Below, one piece after another: positions 1-14,800 of a DNA stretch of 64,000 nt. Position 1 is the first letter of the stretch, and each line of letters starts with the position of its first letter. The notes under the pieces were generated by a model that worked only from the letters and a program-made list of their open reading frames with translations, was not told the origin of the DNA and made no database searches. The position numbers and the translations under genes were made by a program. Source of the stretch: Catajapyx aquilonaris (lineage: Eukaryota); the NCBI GenBank assembly GCA_000934665.2, contig JYFJ02001401.1, positions 1 to 64,000 of the forward strand. Reading direction: 5' to 3'.

Positions 1-3000
1 GGGGGTGGGGGGTGGGGGGAGAGGATGGAGCCTGGAAATTATCTTGGGGAGTGATGCACCCTCTCGGAGGAGCAATTTGGTTCAAAAAGCATGGATCTCC
101 GGGAGGTGCCGATTACGAGGCCGTCCCAACTTTATCAAAAAGTTTTGGAAGTTGGGGCTCCCGTCCCCCGTAAGATTATGCCATTTGCCAAGGTGTGGCT
201 TCCGCTTGTGGATTCCTATCGCGAGACGCAGACAGAATAGTTTTGGCAGGGCGTACGCGGAGGAAGCCGACCTTGCCCTTTCCGGTATAATACACCATCA
301 ATAATCCGTTTGGCCGAGCAGACGTCGTTATACTGGGGGGAAGCGATATCGATTATTATTTCGATTGCACCGTAACTCGACGCGTAAAAAGGAAAGGGGG
401 GATATAGGAAAGCTTGTTTGTACTGGGCTGCTCCGAGGATCTTGTTCATGTCACAGGAGCGTCCAACCGGACGTGCTGTATGGCACTTGAAAATGTGGCA
501 CATCTTTGTGTACGCAGGGAATGTGTATTTAGGGGAAGTGTAGCTGCTTATACCACATTATCAGAGGCTTGTCGTGCAGAGTCAAATTAAGTTCATGCCT
601 TGAGCATACCCTTATTAGCATCGATGTTAAGATTAGCACTGTGAGCCACAAACAACTGGACGAAATTACGATACATTAGGCCGGAATACATATTAAGCAA
701 AAGAACAATTTTAAACTACAGTATAATATAACTTTGCCCAATTTTCTGGGCTACTTACAGTATATTGGATGGCGTGTTTACAGGGAAGGATAATGTGCAG
801 GATGTAACGTGGGTCGATTATTCTGTTCTCAACCCTCCTAGTCGGGCCTGTTCACAGGGGAGGCCTAACTGTCAGGATGTAATTCGACGCATAATTTATT
901 AAGGGAATGCAACGGCGAAGTAACGTCTCAGCTTTTCTGGCGGGCCCCTTACAGAATGAGATTGTAACCTAAATTTTGCGCGGAATTTCAGATTTCCGCC
1001 TCTTCGTGACCTATTTGTTCGGATGACCTTTTGCGACAAGCGAAATCAGGATCGTTACCCTTAGTCTACATTTACAAAGATGTCGTTGATTTTATCCGCT
1101 CTGCTGTATAGCTTCATTTGAAACAGAGTCGCGGGGATGAAATGCACCTCATTTCCAGGCCGTTAGTTTTAGTTCAGCGTTAAATTCAGTTGAATGCTGT
1201 GCTGCGTTCTCCTAAAAAGATGGAAATATTAGTTATCTCCACGGCCAACGGCAATGCCAAAATTACTCAGCGCTTTCATCTAGTTTACTCTTTGTTGCCC
1301 GGGGTCGATTAAAAATAACCTCGCGATAGGCAGGCTGCCCGTGATTGACGTATTGACAGACTCGACTACAAAGCGTTACGAAATTTTTACTGTAAATTTT
1401 CGTCAAAAGTATAGGGCTGGCACATTAGCCGAATCTTATGATGGATCAATGTAATGCCGAGTAATTATTGCCCATGTTGTGCACATGTGTGTTCCTATAT
1501 CATTCTTTCATATTTTAACAGTTGTGGGAAAGCTTTCTGCAAGGGAGCTTGACATAACTATTAAAATCATGTCAGCTGTTCAAATAAAATTTTCATCCCC
1601 CTCCCTCCCCCTCCCCGTGTGCATGTGAAACTGATGCATATCATTATGTATCCGGTGGCGGTCAATATGTTACACCTGTCAATACTAGTGATGAACTGGC
1701 CTCGTCATATGTGGCAGCACCGCTAATTTTGAAAGGTCAAACCGTGACATCCAGAGTGTTCCAGGCATTTTGTACCTGTCAGCTCCTTGCCAAGTCTTCT
1801 CCGCCTTAAAAAAAAATATTTACCTTTTATTAAGGAAGCTGGCGGCTGATTATGCGAAGCAATTAAAAGTTATCAACCCACAACAGCTGAAAAGCGCTGA
1901 TTACACAAATACTGCAGCATAATATTCTGTAGGAGACTCATTATGAAGATGGCCGTGTTTGCAGGACCGCAAAAAAAAGAGAGGAGTGATTCGCCTTGGA
2001 GATAACCGAGGGGGAAACCTTGTAGAGGAAACCGTTAGAGTGTGTACGTTCCACCCAACAGAAGCTAATTGTGAAGCTTGGAATCCTGCCGGCGGTCGAT
2101 GCGAAATTATATCGTGCTCTTGTGCCCTCTTCTGCTGCCAGCACAACTGAAACTGCACCACTTCTACACCTTTGATTGAAAAACCCTTTTTCTATGCGTA
2201 GGTTCCATGAACCGAGAGGGTAGAAGTAGGGGTGGGAGGGAGGGGGTAGATCAAAGGGGAGTGATCACTTAGGCGAATGAGATGGCGGATCGAATTGTCA
2301 TTATGGAAATAAAAGCCGTTCCATTAGGTGAGGGCCCCCATTTTAAAGGTGAAGTGACGTGGAGCCACTGGTATTTATGTTTGTGCTCCGACGCTTGATT
2401 AATTACTAATTATATCGAATTAGCCTGACAAAGGTGAGTTATATGCACGGGCTATATAGGTATAGCTACAAAGCTTCCATTAGAGTGGAGGCTAGTGCAG
2501 GAGCATAGACGGGGTTTAAATCCAAGTTAGAGTACATGCAGGATTCGGTAATGAGGCAATGGCGTTTCGTGCCGCCTCTCAGGGTCGCTGTCCATGGAGT
2601 ATACCTATAGAGCTGTTGAGATTTCTGCCCCTAGCAACAGATGCTCGATTGCGGAATTCACGCGCACAACGCAGGCGAGGTACGCTAATGAATAATGATT
2701 CTAAAAATAATTGCAATTTTAATATTGGACCGAAATTAGAACAGTGGAATCCTCTTTAAAGGCCTGATGCAGTTGATTGCATCTGAAGGGCGTATGGGAG
2801 CTGGTAATGTTCAACTATACGCCAACACAAGTGTATCAATATGAGCACTCGACCTGGAAATGTTATCGAATCTCAACCAGCCAGGGTTATTTCATTAGCG
2901 ACTGGACATTTTACGTAAGGACTTCAGAAACTACTTCACATGTGGAACCAACCTAATGGAATTGAACATGGAATATAATCAAAATGTTAAACTTGTATTT

Positions 3001-6000
3001 AATCCGAGGTGGTTAAATTTGTGCTTAATTGACACGAGACTAAATTAAAGGGAGCGTGTAAGTTGGGTAACGTTTGTGAATTCCGCTCAGTGGATTTGCA
3101 TCCATAGGGCGAAGTCATTTTCGGAATCAGGTATTCACCTGCAGGGAGGATCCAAGGGAATTCAAGGGCGTCCCTTGGGAGACGAATTGTACACATTTGC
3201 GTCAAGTGAATTACCGCTTCAACAACTCCCTATCGCACTATTCGTACCACAAATTTAGTGAGAGCCTCCTGCTGTCGGGATGCCTGGAACTTGAAGCAGG
3301 TCGTCATGTAACCTCGGGAAGAAGGCGGGAAACTTACATTGTCAGTGCCGTTATCAAATTAATCCGAGCCCTGCCCCCCTGAATATAAATCAACAAAGGC
3401 CGCCTTTTGCTTCAGGCCTACTTGACGTTTTGCAAATTCCAGGCCCTGACGCTAATGATAGAGTGGGTTTTGGGTGGGGGAGGGGATTTTAGGGCCAGAC
3501 CAGAATTCCACCGCAATCCATCCATCCCAGCATACACCACAGCATTTCCTAAGAACAAGGCAACCACGTGACGGAGCGGAGACATTATGGTGTCATTAGT
3601 AGGAGGAAGCTGGGCAGTAATTCCCTTTACAAGCAGTTCCCCAACCTTATTAACTTGACATGGTTACGTCCTATACCCCTATTTTTTTCCAGTGTTTAGA
3701 CAGGGCAACAAAATAAGTGCTAATAGGATGTCTTAAGCTACTCCGGTATCCCCACAGATTTTTAATCCTTCCATTGTATCCGCACATAATAACCGGAGAT
3801 AATGCGGCGCCTCCTCCTCCCAAAAAATAAACGATGAAAAGTTGCACAATGCGGCATTCACCACCGGTTCTTTATGATCTCTTCCAATAGCGACAAGTCC
3901 AGGAAAAGAATGGAGCCTTTTGTGAGAGACTTTTGGTGGGGGGGGAAGGGTATCCTTGCACTAAGCTAGGTCTGTAGGGGGGGGGGGGGTATGGGGAAGA
4001 GAGAAGAAGGGTATCGCATTCGCAACCTCGTTCGCGCGGAACGATAAGAGCCTGCCGGCCTCTAACACGAGAGCGCTCATTCAGCGTAAACCTTTCCATA
4101 AGGCCCTTCACCGTGGGCCACCAACTCTTTTTTTTGCAGCACGTCTCATGAAATTTGTGGCAAGGAGACAGTCCAGATCGAGTCGTCTTCAATCGATACC
4201 TCGAGGCGATGACGACATCTAAGGAGAAAATTTGTGAGGAGAAATGATTGTTGGCGATTTAATTTCTTCATGCCCTCTGAATACGATTGCATTTACACCC
4301 CGAATCACCCTGAAGCCTGGAAATCTCACACTAACTTTATGGCCGCGTTTGTGTGCGAAAATAGATGCATTTATATGAAAGGGGTAAAGTGCATGTGATG
4401 CTCACTTTTTTTACTTCATGCATCAGGCATGAAATCATGGCCATTAGCTTTCAGAGAATCGGACAGAAGCCCGCACTTTATGCCTCACTGGAATACCCGA
4501 GGTATTGACAGGGTTGAATGCGTTGTGCTGGAACCACACACAAAAATGGATATTTTTGCACAGTAGACTACCAATTGATTAGTTCGGTCATGTATGGAAG
4601 AACTGAAGAATAGGTGCTCAGCTTCCGTTCATACGTGAACTACTCGACCTTTTCATCTCCCATGCCCTACCCCCCCGCATGAACCGTCGACAGTTCGCTA
4701 ACCGTTTTGCAAAACGGGGCAATGAAATTCCGGATTTTGTAGGTTTGGCTCCGATCCCAAGTGCGCTCCGGATCTTTTCTCGCAGAAATCCTTGTTTCAG
4801 ACCCTGGGAGTGATTTTGCTCCGGGAACGAATTATTTGCATTCTCAGTCGGATTGTTGGTAGGCCCCGCTTGCCTCCGCTGTCCTGGAAAGAATCTTTGG
4901 GATTCCATCCGGGAGGGCAGGAGCCTCCCAGCCCGGATTATGTAGCCCACGTACTCCGGGGCCAGTAATGGAACTGAAGATTTTGTCGATTAGGACGTAG
5001 TTTCTCGGGAGGGAGACGTTTTCTGGGAGAAGGCGACTTTCACCTCTTTTCTGAAACAGTAAATTGCGTTCTTGAAGAAAACAAAGGGCTTAAGGGAGAT
5101 CGACCAGAACGAGAAAAAGAGGAAAAGACTGGAAAAAAAATCCCCCTTCATTACTCCCTTGTCGTGTTGTACCGGATATCGAATTGACGTGATGAAGTAA
5201 TGTGGGTGGAAATGAGGAAGTGGGATTCGCAGCTTGCTTACGGAAAATGTTCGGTCCTCTCACTCTACCAGATATAGGTTAATTGGCGTCTGTTTACGCA
5301 TGTCGAACACCTGATCGACACCCAGGGAAGCTTGTAGGATGGGAAATTGCCATTTTAGAAGCGATTTTTATAGTGTGGTCATAAATAAAACTTGCAAAGT
5401 AGCGAACTTGTGTCATGGCGAATTTATAGTCACCGATAAGAACATAATTATGGCAAGAGTTATGTGGTACCGGCCACGTAGAGTAAATAAGGCAACCTGC
5501 CAGTGATTCTGCTGCTGTTGATGCCTACGGAAGATCACTATGTTTCGAAGATGGCGTTTTTACCATGGCCCCGAATCGGTTCGATTACGTGGCACTGATC
5601 CATCCAAACGAATGACTTTTGGACCAGAAATGGACCTCGAATGGCATTGAACGCCGCTTACTATGTGAGCCAGCATGACATTGTTGAAGCCAAAGCGAAT
5701 GGCGTAGTCACTTTAATCATTAGTGTAATTGCCTGACGTAGCTAAGAGCCGACACGTGACACTTTCACGACATGCATGCTACTAATGTGTCCAACTTTGC
5801 CGTAAGTATGCAACAAAGGTACAGCAGAAATTATTACCTGATGTGAAATGTTGTTTTTCTTACAAAATTGACTTAGACTTGTTTCGTGTTAAAGACGCCG
5901 AACAAAAATGGTCTGGGCGCATTGTTGAACAATTAAATTGCAAGAAAGGCCTGTGCGGTAAAATGGAATTTTTGATGGAGAGAAACATGGCTGGAACGTA

Positions 6001-7454
6001 GACGCACTTTCACCTCAAAGGTGGGAGCAAGGCTCATTTCGCTATACCTTGCTAACACCTTGTAAGCGATACCCGCTCTCCTGTTGATATTACTTGGCAA
6101 GTTGAGCTGAACAAGCCTGAAGCAAAAGGGCTTGCAAGGTGTACGCGAATAGTATAGGTATTAACTCGCCTTGTGGATAGCAGGGAACTTGGAAATTAAT
6201 TGCCAATGTATATACATATGCACATCAGCCATTTCTCACGTTGTATCAAAATTTGTCGGATTTCATTCGAGGTACGTGATTTTACAGTACCACTTCAAAT
6301 TATTGCAATGTATATAGGTTTAATGTTGCAAACAAAAATTCAAATGGAAGAAACGGTTGATATAATTCGCACTTTTAACTTGGACACGAATTCAACACAC
6401 GCTGCAGCGATTTACTCCATTATTAAAAATTGATGATATCTAATGAATTCAGTGTGTGAGAGCTTTTCTGGTCATTTAAAAATTAAGCTTCATGTGTCTT
6501 ATAACGTTATAACTGCTAGCGACATGCTAAAAAGCTGGTTAAGTGCCTTGCCCGTCAGTAAATATGTTTTACTGGATATCCCAGTATTACGATGCAACTG
6601 CAGTCCTGCACCTGCAAACATGACTGCAACTGCACCATACTCAGAAGCGCATTGCATGTAAATTTGATAAATGCGACTGGTACTACGAGTGCAGTTGGGT
6701 ACCGCAGGGAGTCGATATAACTTATTTTTTAAAATAAATGAATACAGTATACAGATCTGACAACGAGTCTCATGCATGGAATTCAAGGCCCACATACATT
6801 GCAGGTGAAATATTCACAGCAGTTGGTCTGCATAGAGAGATCGCGTATTGTACCGACTGTATTTACCCACACCTGGTGCGTTACAGCAGTATAGTTTATT
6901 GGAATATTTCTGTCCTAAATGATTGCGGTTTAATTCTCCCTGCGGTCCTGGCATTCGATTTTGCAGTTATGTTTCATTGCTCCGCGAGGCGCCCGAGGCT
7001 TCTGGGACGGGGTGATGGGAAACTCATTTGCGCCTAAGCACTGAGAAACCCAATTTGTGATTATGCCACCCCCTGCACCCGGACACTTTCCAACGAATTT
7101 GGGCACCCGGACACCAAACTGTAACATGAAAAGCTTCTTGCTTCTGGTCCCCCGAGCTGTGCACAAAAGACCGTTTCTGACTCTCCCAATTCAGGTATAC
7201 ACGACGCGTTCTGCACTCATCCCGCGCACAAAGGGTTCGGCACAGGCGTGCGGGGAACCCCCGCAACAAAAAAAAAAGTACCAGGCTTGCATTTGGGCTT
7301 GTCTTTGTGCTCCACTCGATTCTTTCCGGAATAGCGAGCCGTGCCGGGGCTCTACCTACTCCATTATGCGTTAGTGGAGGCAATAGAAATGCAGATGGAT
7401 GACCCTGCTGGCGGAGTATGGAATCTCATGTTTAGCCAGGCAAAGGCTGTGGTC

Positions 7455-7762
7455 AGCGGCTTGGCGGCCCGCAAATTAAACGGCTAGCAATTTCAATAGT
7501 AATTGGAGCGAGGCGGCCATTTTTGTATTCTCGGCCCGTTTGTGGCGCGGTCCGTTGAACCGTGAGATATACGGGAGATGTCGTTTCCAGACCAGGCACA
7601 AGTTGACGGGAAAGTATCGTCGACCGGAGGATGGGAAAAAATCTTTGAACGGCCCTCTAGAGTCTCTATGGGGGTTAAGGCCTCGCATCCCTTTTCGTCT
7701 CCTTCACTGTGGAGACCAAGGGGGACGAATTTGGGACACGCTTTATCGAAATTCAGGTAGCT
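7455..7762 (+). promoter_or_regulatory. CpG-rich promoter / first-exon-like patch
   Basis: GCGGCCATTTT (YY1-type) at ~7514, high CpG density and a weak donor CAG|GTAGCT near 7756. The 7578 ORF runs up to that donor. Confidence 0.25.
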
Positions 7763-8454
7763 TCTGACAGACAGGAAAAGAAACGACATTTTGCTGCTTG
7801 CTGGTGGATGGTCCTTAGTACAAATCGGCTAGGTGCAGAAGCGACAGAGAGATGCGGTTCTTTTAAAGGCCTGTTGCGGAAAAAGCGTATTTACTGTAGA
7901 AAAAGAAGAGTGTCCGACATGTGGAGCACATTAAGTCCTGCAGCAAAGAAATCATTTTACCTGCTGGGTGTCACATTTTACGAATACACTGCGTAAAGTA
8001 TAACTTGAACTGAGCTGTCTATATAGAAATAGGCGAACCATTATTGGGTAATATTTATTTGTTGAGGAGAGCAACTCAGCGTGGAGGACCTGTTGCAATG
8101 ACAGTCAAAAAAATGATTAACTGCATTAAAGATCATAAAAGAAGCAGTTCTCTGAGCTTCTATTTTTTTAATACTTTTGGCGCAATATTAAATTCCGAAA
8201 ATGGTCTGAAACTGCGGCTTGCCCACCGCAGGAAGTCTGGATCTGACAAAGGGTGGTCCGTCGGTTTGTCGTCTGTGTAAGCCTGCACCCGCATTTTTCA
8301 CTCGTACTTGTTAAAGGAAAGGTCAGTAGATAACGATCGTGTGGCACCTGAACATGCAGAGAAGAAGAAAAAAACAGTAGACTATTACAATTGTCACTAA
8401 TTACTATCACTATACATATATGAGTTACAACAATATAATCTGCATCTATTAGAG

Positions 8455-8541
8455 AAGTGAAACCTGTTAATGTTGGACACTGACGATGACGGTTCCAAGG
8501 ATAATTGTCCAACATGGTGTCCAACTTCACTGGTTTTACTG
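8455..8541. mobile_element. Degenerate ~87-bp pogo/Tc1-like MITE
   Basis: Left end AGTGAAACCTGTTAATGTTGGACAC is an imperfect inverted repeat of right end GTGTCCAACTTCACTGGTTTTACTG, which is followed by TA. An extra internal TGTCCAAC copy is present. Confidence 0.55.
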
Positions 8542-11500
8542 TATGTTTGACACTGACGGTCCAACATAGACATGTTTCACTGTAGCTGCTAACCTGCAAG
8601 CGTATACATTTATACCCACAATACTCCACATTATAACTTACAATGGGATCAAATTACATATCTTGACATATGATGTATGCTAAAGTGTCAACCGGTTGTT
8701 TATTACATGCGCATTATTTATGCTTATGCGCCCATAAATCACACTCGAATCATCCCATGTCCATCACTTTTTTTTTTACGTTTCTTGCCATATATTCAGA
8801 ATAATCCATATGTATTTAAATGAGAGACATTCACATCACCTGTGCGCCAAATGACGCGACCTCCCTGGCTCAATTTTTCTCGCCCCTCCCTAAAAATTCG
8901 CGAAAAAAGAATCGTGATTACGTGATTAAGTACGTCCCACCCGTTGCGGCGCTTCATTAATAATTCATGGAGTCATCTGAGGACTGATTATGATTGACTG
9001 GTTGTTCCTGCAAGTGACGTCCGATTCTTTGATTGGGCAGGAGAGAGAAAACGGGAGTGTCCCTTCCCAACTGGGATGGTTCATGCCCGGTGTCTGGTGT
9101 AATTAGCAAGTTCAGCCGTTGATGAATCGAGGCTGGGGGGTGTCGCGCAATTGATTTTTCATTACCGCTGTCCCGATGCCTTTTCATCTCTGAGGGGGAA
9201 ATGATTTTTTGAAACCAGTACGTGTTTGTGGCCGAGTTATTCCCGGATTCCCCGGCCCCTCCTGGCTTCCAAATGCGTATATCCGGATTCAAGATCGGGG
9301 GGCGTTACAAGCGGTTGGGTTTAGGACCGGGGGTGAGAAAGCAATCCGGCCCGACCAGGTGGTCTCTAATTACTTTTAATTGCCTCTGTGGGCGAGCTTT
9401 GGCTATGGGTTAGCGGCAACGGCGCCTGGACATTATCTGACATTAGTGTCAGCATTAAAACCGGGGCCGCCCGTGGATGCGTAACGCCTGGCCTGAAGTA
9501 TCTAACACGTCATTTATTCCGAGTGCACCAGCCGAATTTGTGCAACGATTCGTATAGTTGCGTCCCCATATTCGGAAACATTTTATTTCCGGCAGTTAGC
9601 TCGCGAGCGTGGTTTCTCGCTCACACTAAAAAGTCGCGAATTCGCATTCGAGTTGCTAGTATAACACGTCTTTATTAGTGCTGTATGTACAGTATTGAGA
9701 AAACTGGGGCGACATAATTAGTCAGTGGTTTTTCAGTCGACACCCAATGTTTGACGCCGTCGCGAGTCAATTTTGACACGCAATGCTATAAATAATTCAG
9801 GAGATGCCTGGCTGGAAAGGTTGACAGAGTGTCGATTCGTGCCAGAGTTTACAGAGTCAGCCTGCAGCGGGTGCGGCCAGCTTTTCTTGGCCCATGATCA
9901 TGTTTTTTGGGGGGTGGCTTGTTTTGGAAAGCCCTGCCTCTGCTGCCACAGTTCCCATCTCTGCTAAAATGTATGACCTTTGAAGATCCGCAGCATGTTC
10001 ACTTGAACAGTGAAGATGCGGGTGTGTATATATTCAATATCGAGCTCCTTTCTGGGGCGAAACCGTGAAGGAAATCAGTGCTCCTCATTCGCACGACACC
10101 AGAGTGAGCCGAGTGGGTCTGTTACCCGCCTAATGGAGGCGGGGCTGCCAAAGATGGAACCAGTCGAGGCAAAATGGTTAGGGAAAAGCGTAGTCAAAGG
10201 GAAGGCAGAACCGCCACGATTACATCTCCTGCCTATCCTTTATACACCCCATGCTTCCTAAATAGGCCAAACTCCTCCCATCTTCAGAGCATGGCTGCTT
10301 CAATATACGTCTTCAAACATCGCCTGCAGGCTCGGTTGCGTGTATAATATATACTCTAGCTCCGTTTTCTTATCGGAGACTGATTCTGCTGCCTTGGCAT
10401 ATAGGCCCGTTTCTTTACGCGGTTTTTGGTGGGACAATTACGGCCAGAGCATACAGATTCATGTTGATTCAGCGATCTCAAGTATTTTGATGCTGGCGAA
10501 TGTGGAATCGAACAAATGACCTGCCTTTTATTGACTTATAATTTTTGAGTCGAAGCGTATAGAAAACATACTGTATATTGTTTGCTCGTTATTTCACTCC
10601 ATGCAGGCTGGTGTTTTTTTTTGCAAATTGTGCTGAATTTTTAAGTGTATTAGTATCGACTCACTGGAAAGGGTTTTTGCATTTTTTAGTAAGAGCGCAC
10701 AATAATTTCGTCGTAAATTGAGACCCTCCCACCCATAAAAATTAGCTGCCGTTGATAATGACAGCCTTATTTTATGGTCCTGGACCTGCCATGTTCCTGG
10801 TGCGCTGCCTATGCTTGTGCACTATACTGTAGGCCTCATTTTTCACATTTTTTTCCCCCCAACATGGCACGAAATTAAAAGGCGAGCCATGAAATGTAAG
10901 CATACTGAATCAATGTTGATTTTGCTGGAGCAGGCTTATTGATATAATGTATACCAAACCGTTACTTCGCCTAGAAGCGTCCAATATTCCTTAGGGATGA
11001 AACTCTCGAGGATTAGTTGGATTACATAATTTGAACCTTCCTCTACTTTTTTTTCTTCTTCTTACGCTGTGAATTACTAATGAAGTGAACTTATCATGAG
11101 AGATTGCTTGGATCAAGTGTGCAATAATGCGATAGCTATACATCATTGTGGTCGACAGCAAAGGAACAGTATCACATGGCTAGTATGAATAATAGGCTGT
11201 AAAATCGCGCCATGTTCCACGGATTGACTATAATTACACACAGATAATTGGCCAGACACGCAAACGTAGCATGTTTCAGAGCGAGTTCTAGGATGATCAA
11301 AATGTAATTATTTATTGAAACCTGGGTATAACATTGCGGTCATATTGAAATCCGATTCTCTGGACTACTCGGGTACATCTTGTGGTGGATTTGCTTTTGT
11401 TCGGCATAGAGTTGAACTGGGAAGCAGTATCGATCCAAAATGCGATACCTGCCGCTTCTCCGGCGTATATTTTGAGGCGGAACATAAACGGGGCGGAGTG

Positions 11501-11804
11501 AAAACTTAATCCTGCTGTGTAGAGAGACAAATCCGAGGCAAAGGCTTTTCGGGGGAAACTTATGAGCCTTTTAAAGCGCGCGGATTTGGAGAAGCAGGTG
11601 TGAAGGCCCACCTGTGCTCAATAAATTTTCGGGAGGTTTGACAATTATATTCTGTAACACGATTATCGCGTTTACGTGAAGTGACTTCTGAAAACTGATT
11701 TTGCACACTTATTGCTTAATTGCAAATACCTAATCAATCAAGAGTAATAAAAATTGGAGTTTTATTGGGATAGTCAATATAATACCTCATCATACTAAAA
11801 GCAA

Positions 11805-11857
11805 CGGGTGGTGTAGTGATTAGCCTTCCACTTCTGAGGTCACGAGTTCGATTCCTG
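11805..11857 (+). mobile_element. Degenerate tRNA-derived SINE head (Pol III A and B boxes)
   Basis: TGGTGTAGTGA (A-box-like) followed ~25 nt later by GAGTTCGATTCC (B box). Too short and deleted to fold as a tRNA. Confidence 0.5.
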
Positions 11858-14800
11858 TGATGTCGTGTTTTATTAAAACATCATGATGTGATGTTCTGGT
11901 AAATATTTTTGACATTAATGCAGAATGTGGGGTGATTACACTTTTTGTACTTATTTTCAACTCGAGAAGATTCCGCTCCTGATTTTTTTACTGCTTTGCA
12001 ATCAATTTCTTGCGATGTTATGGAGTAATTTGTCTCGTGTGACGGGAAAAATAATCGAGGCAGGAACCGCCCATTGGTGTTGTAAGTCAGATTTTAAGCG
12101 CTACTTTGGGAGGGAATAGCCCTGTTCTTGGTGAGACTTTTAATTAATCGGACACCCCTCGTAGTTGTAAGGAATTCAGCCCCCGAAGAATAAATCAAGG
12201 TTGGTGGATATTAGGCGCCCCTTTAGCTAACACTATAGCGTGTTAGATTCCTATTAAAGCTCATCCTTGTGGAACCATGTTCCAAAAATTCATCATCACA
12301 GTGAGATTGGAAGTCAGGAATTACTGTTTTATGCCGGTAATACTGGCCACATTAATTCACTATTTATACTTTAATATGAATGTGTTGCAATTAATGGCAC
12401 ATACATCGATTAGGCCCCTACTGGTCTGACGTTTGAATTATTTTAACAAGTAATGAGACCACTCATCATAATGCCGAGAGTTCTGTTAATTTGTGCAATT
12501 AAAGGTTTAATACAATGTGTAGCAGCCAAAATATTACTCTATGGGCACTGCAGCCATATTTATATAGTTTATATTACAGTGTAGAATATTGCTGAAAATA
12601 CCCATAGAAATTGCTGGAGTTGTGCTAGAAATTTACTATCCAGTTAATGTTGGAGGAACTTGGAGTGATTAAATTTGACAAGGTTTTAGCGCAGGTGAGA
12701 ATTACTTTACGAGCGCGTTAGGATTGTTTTGTATTTTAATTCAAAAGGAGCATAGTTCCTCTGTTGTATTTTGTGTGTATGCCTCTCTCGGGAAATGCCC
12801 CGGAAAAAAAAGGGGGACAGTGCTCATGCATTTTCAGAAGCAAACTGCTTTCCTGAGGCTGTGGCGATAAGCCGGAGAGCGAGAAAGAGTAATATGTTTC
12901 TCCCATTTCTAGGAGTGGTACAGTCTCGCCCAAATATGAGACATCGCAGTACTGCACTGCGCATTATTATTTTTGAAGTATCGAGCTGGCTTCCAACAAT
13001 ATAGCGGCTCTGTACTTGGGGACATACGTCAATATACCATGGGCCATACACGCCTTTCGGCCTGCACTTTTATGAGCGAGTGTACAGCAGCGTGGGTCGT
13101 AACCCGCTGTGCGGCCCACATTATTACCGGTTTATTATCGTCCCTTACACCTTTGCATTTCTACGGATCTGCAAAACCAGCACCGGATTATCGCCGACCT
13201 GGATAGATACAGAGGACGGTAAAGATTAGGGTTGTCGGTATCCATTTATTGGTGCCTGTCGCGGTGTGCCGGTAAAGCCAGGCGCCGTGGGTGTTGCGGA
13301 TAAGCCACGGGAAGTTTGGCGTGGTAAAAATGCTCATTACCATGTGCTGATGTTTCGAACAAACATTAATCGGATTAGGAACCCGAATTCGGAAGTTTTT
13401 TGGAATCACGCTGGGCCGACATGAACCGGTCCCAGGCCGCGTGAGGGATAAAATAATGGGTGGAGTGCGGGGTCAAAGGGCGGGTGAAATTGCCGGCAAT
13501 GAAAATGTCATGTTTTGCAAACAACATGTCACGGAAATGCTGTTTCTCAAATCTCTTTTTTTGAGGATATTCACCCAGGAATTTATTCCATCAAAATGCT
13601 CCGGAGTATGAATGAACATGTCATGTGCAGCCATATATGCTGGGGGGTGAGTCGAGCGGATTTTGAGGCTGCTAGATTCCGAAATGAACTTGGGGAGGAA
13701 AAGTTTCGTCGATAAATTTTAGGCTGCTTGCTTCAAGAGTTTAAATAGCATTTTATGCTAGTCGCAAAACTCGAATCCGCATTGACTGCACTCCAGGGTT
13801 TTGCTTCGTTTCTTTTTTTTTTTTTTTTTAGCAGGCGACTCATGACTCACTCTGTCGAGGCTGGGATGATCATAATTTTGACACTTTGTGACACAACTCC
13901 ATATTTCAGTCAAAGTGAAAGATGGAAAGTGGGGACGAATAGTAAGGAAAACGAAAGCCTTGAAAGGGTCGCGTGTTACCATTTTGAATCAGGGGCCCTT
14001 GCGAAACTTTATTTCTCTCTTCCTTATATTTTCACAAACAAGACTTGAAATCCGGCATCTCAACCCCCCCTGTTCACCTCACCTCCCCATCTTCTGAGGT
14101 TCCCTTTTTTGTTTGTTGTATAAAATCGGGGAAAAGTTGGGATGGAGTTTTGCTGTCGTGGGGGTCTAAAAAAGAAGAGAAAACGCTGAGAGTCTCAAAT
14201 GTTGGTTCCTTGTTTCTCACCGCCTTTGATCATTTTCTTTTCTAACAGGTTTTCATTACTATGCTTTCTTCATACGGAAACGCGACTCGTTTATGTGTAG
14301 TTAATTGAACATTTTGCACTGTCGAAGCCGTGAAAGAATCGATTAGAAGCAGTTAGTGAGCAATAACCTTTAAAGACATTGTGTGAGAACACACCCTAAG
14401 AAAACAAAACTGGGTTTTCCATTGTTAGCTCTGTTAACATTTCATAATGGCTTGGCTTTTGCTTGATTGGGATTTTGCTTTCTCACGCGTTGGGTGAAAT
14501 AAGAAACCTGTGGAGAGAATGACCTGATGAAAGAACTGCTAGTTAGATCTTCTTTCAGTGTATATCGTGCTGTAGTGCTGCAAAATTGATCGCTCCAAAA
14601 AGTAATATAACCGAGCCCTACATTCTCATTTTTCAAAGTTTGTTTGACAATACAGTGCGCAGATGGATGTGGATGAAAATTGGGCTGGAAAGCTGTTTTC
14701 AAGTTGGACCAGAAACTCCTGTTTTTGGTGCTGATGTTGTGCATTGCGGGCCGGAGGAAGATTCTGCGAATTTTCATTAATCATGTAGCCATGCGATAAA

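Noticed and set aside
2432..2440. Perfect donor AAG|GTGAGT
   Set aside because: No convincing upstream acceptor or reading frame; cannot define an exon.
3853..3863. Partial matches to conserved miRNAs (miR-124 antisense here, miR-92-like at ~24364)
   Set aside because: Only ~10-11 nt match and no precursor hairpin seen.
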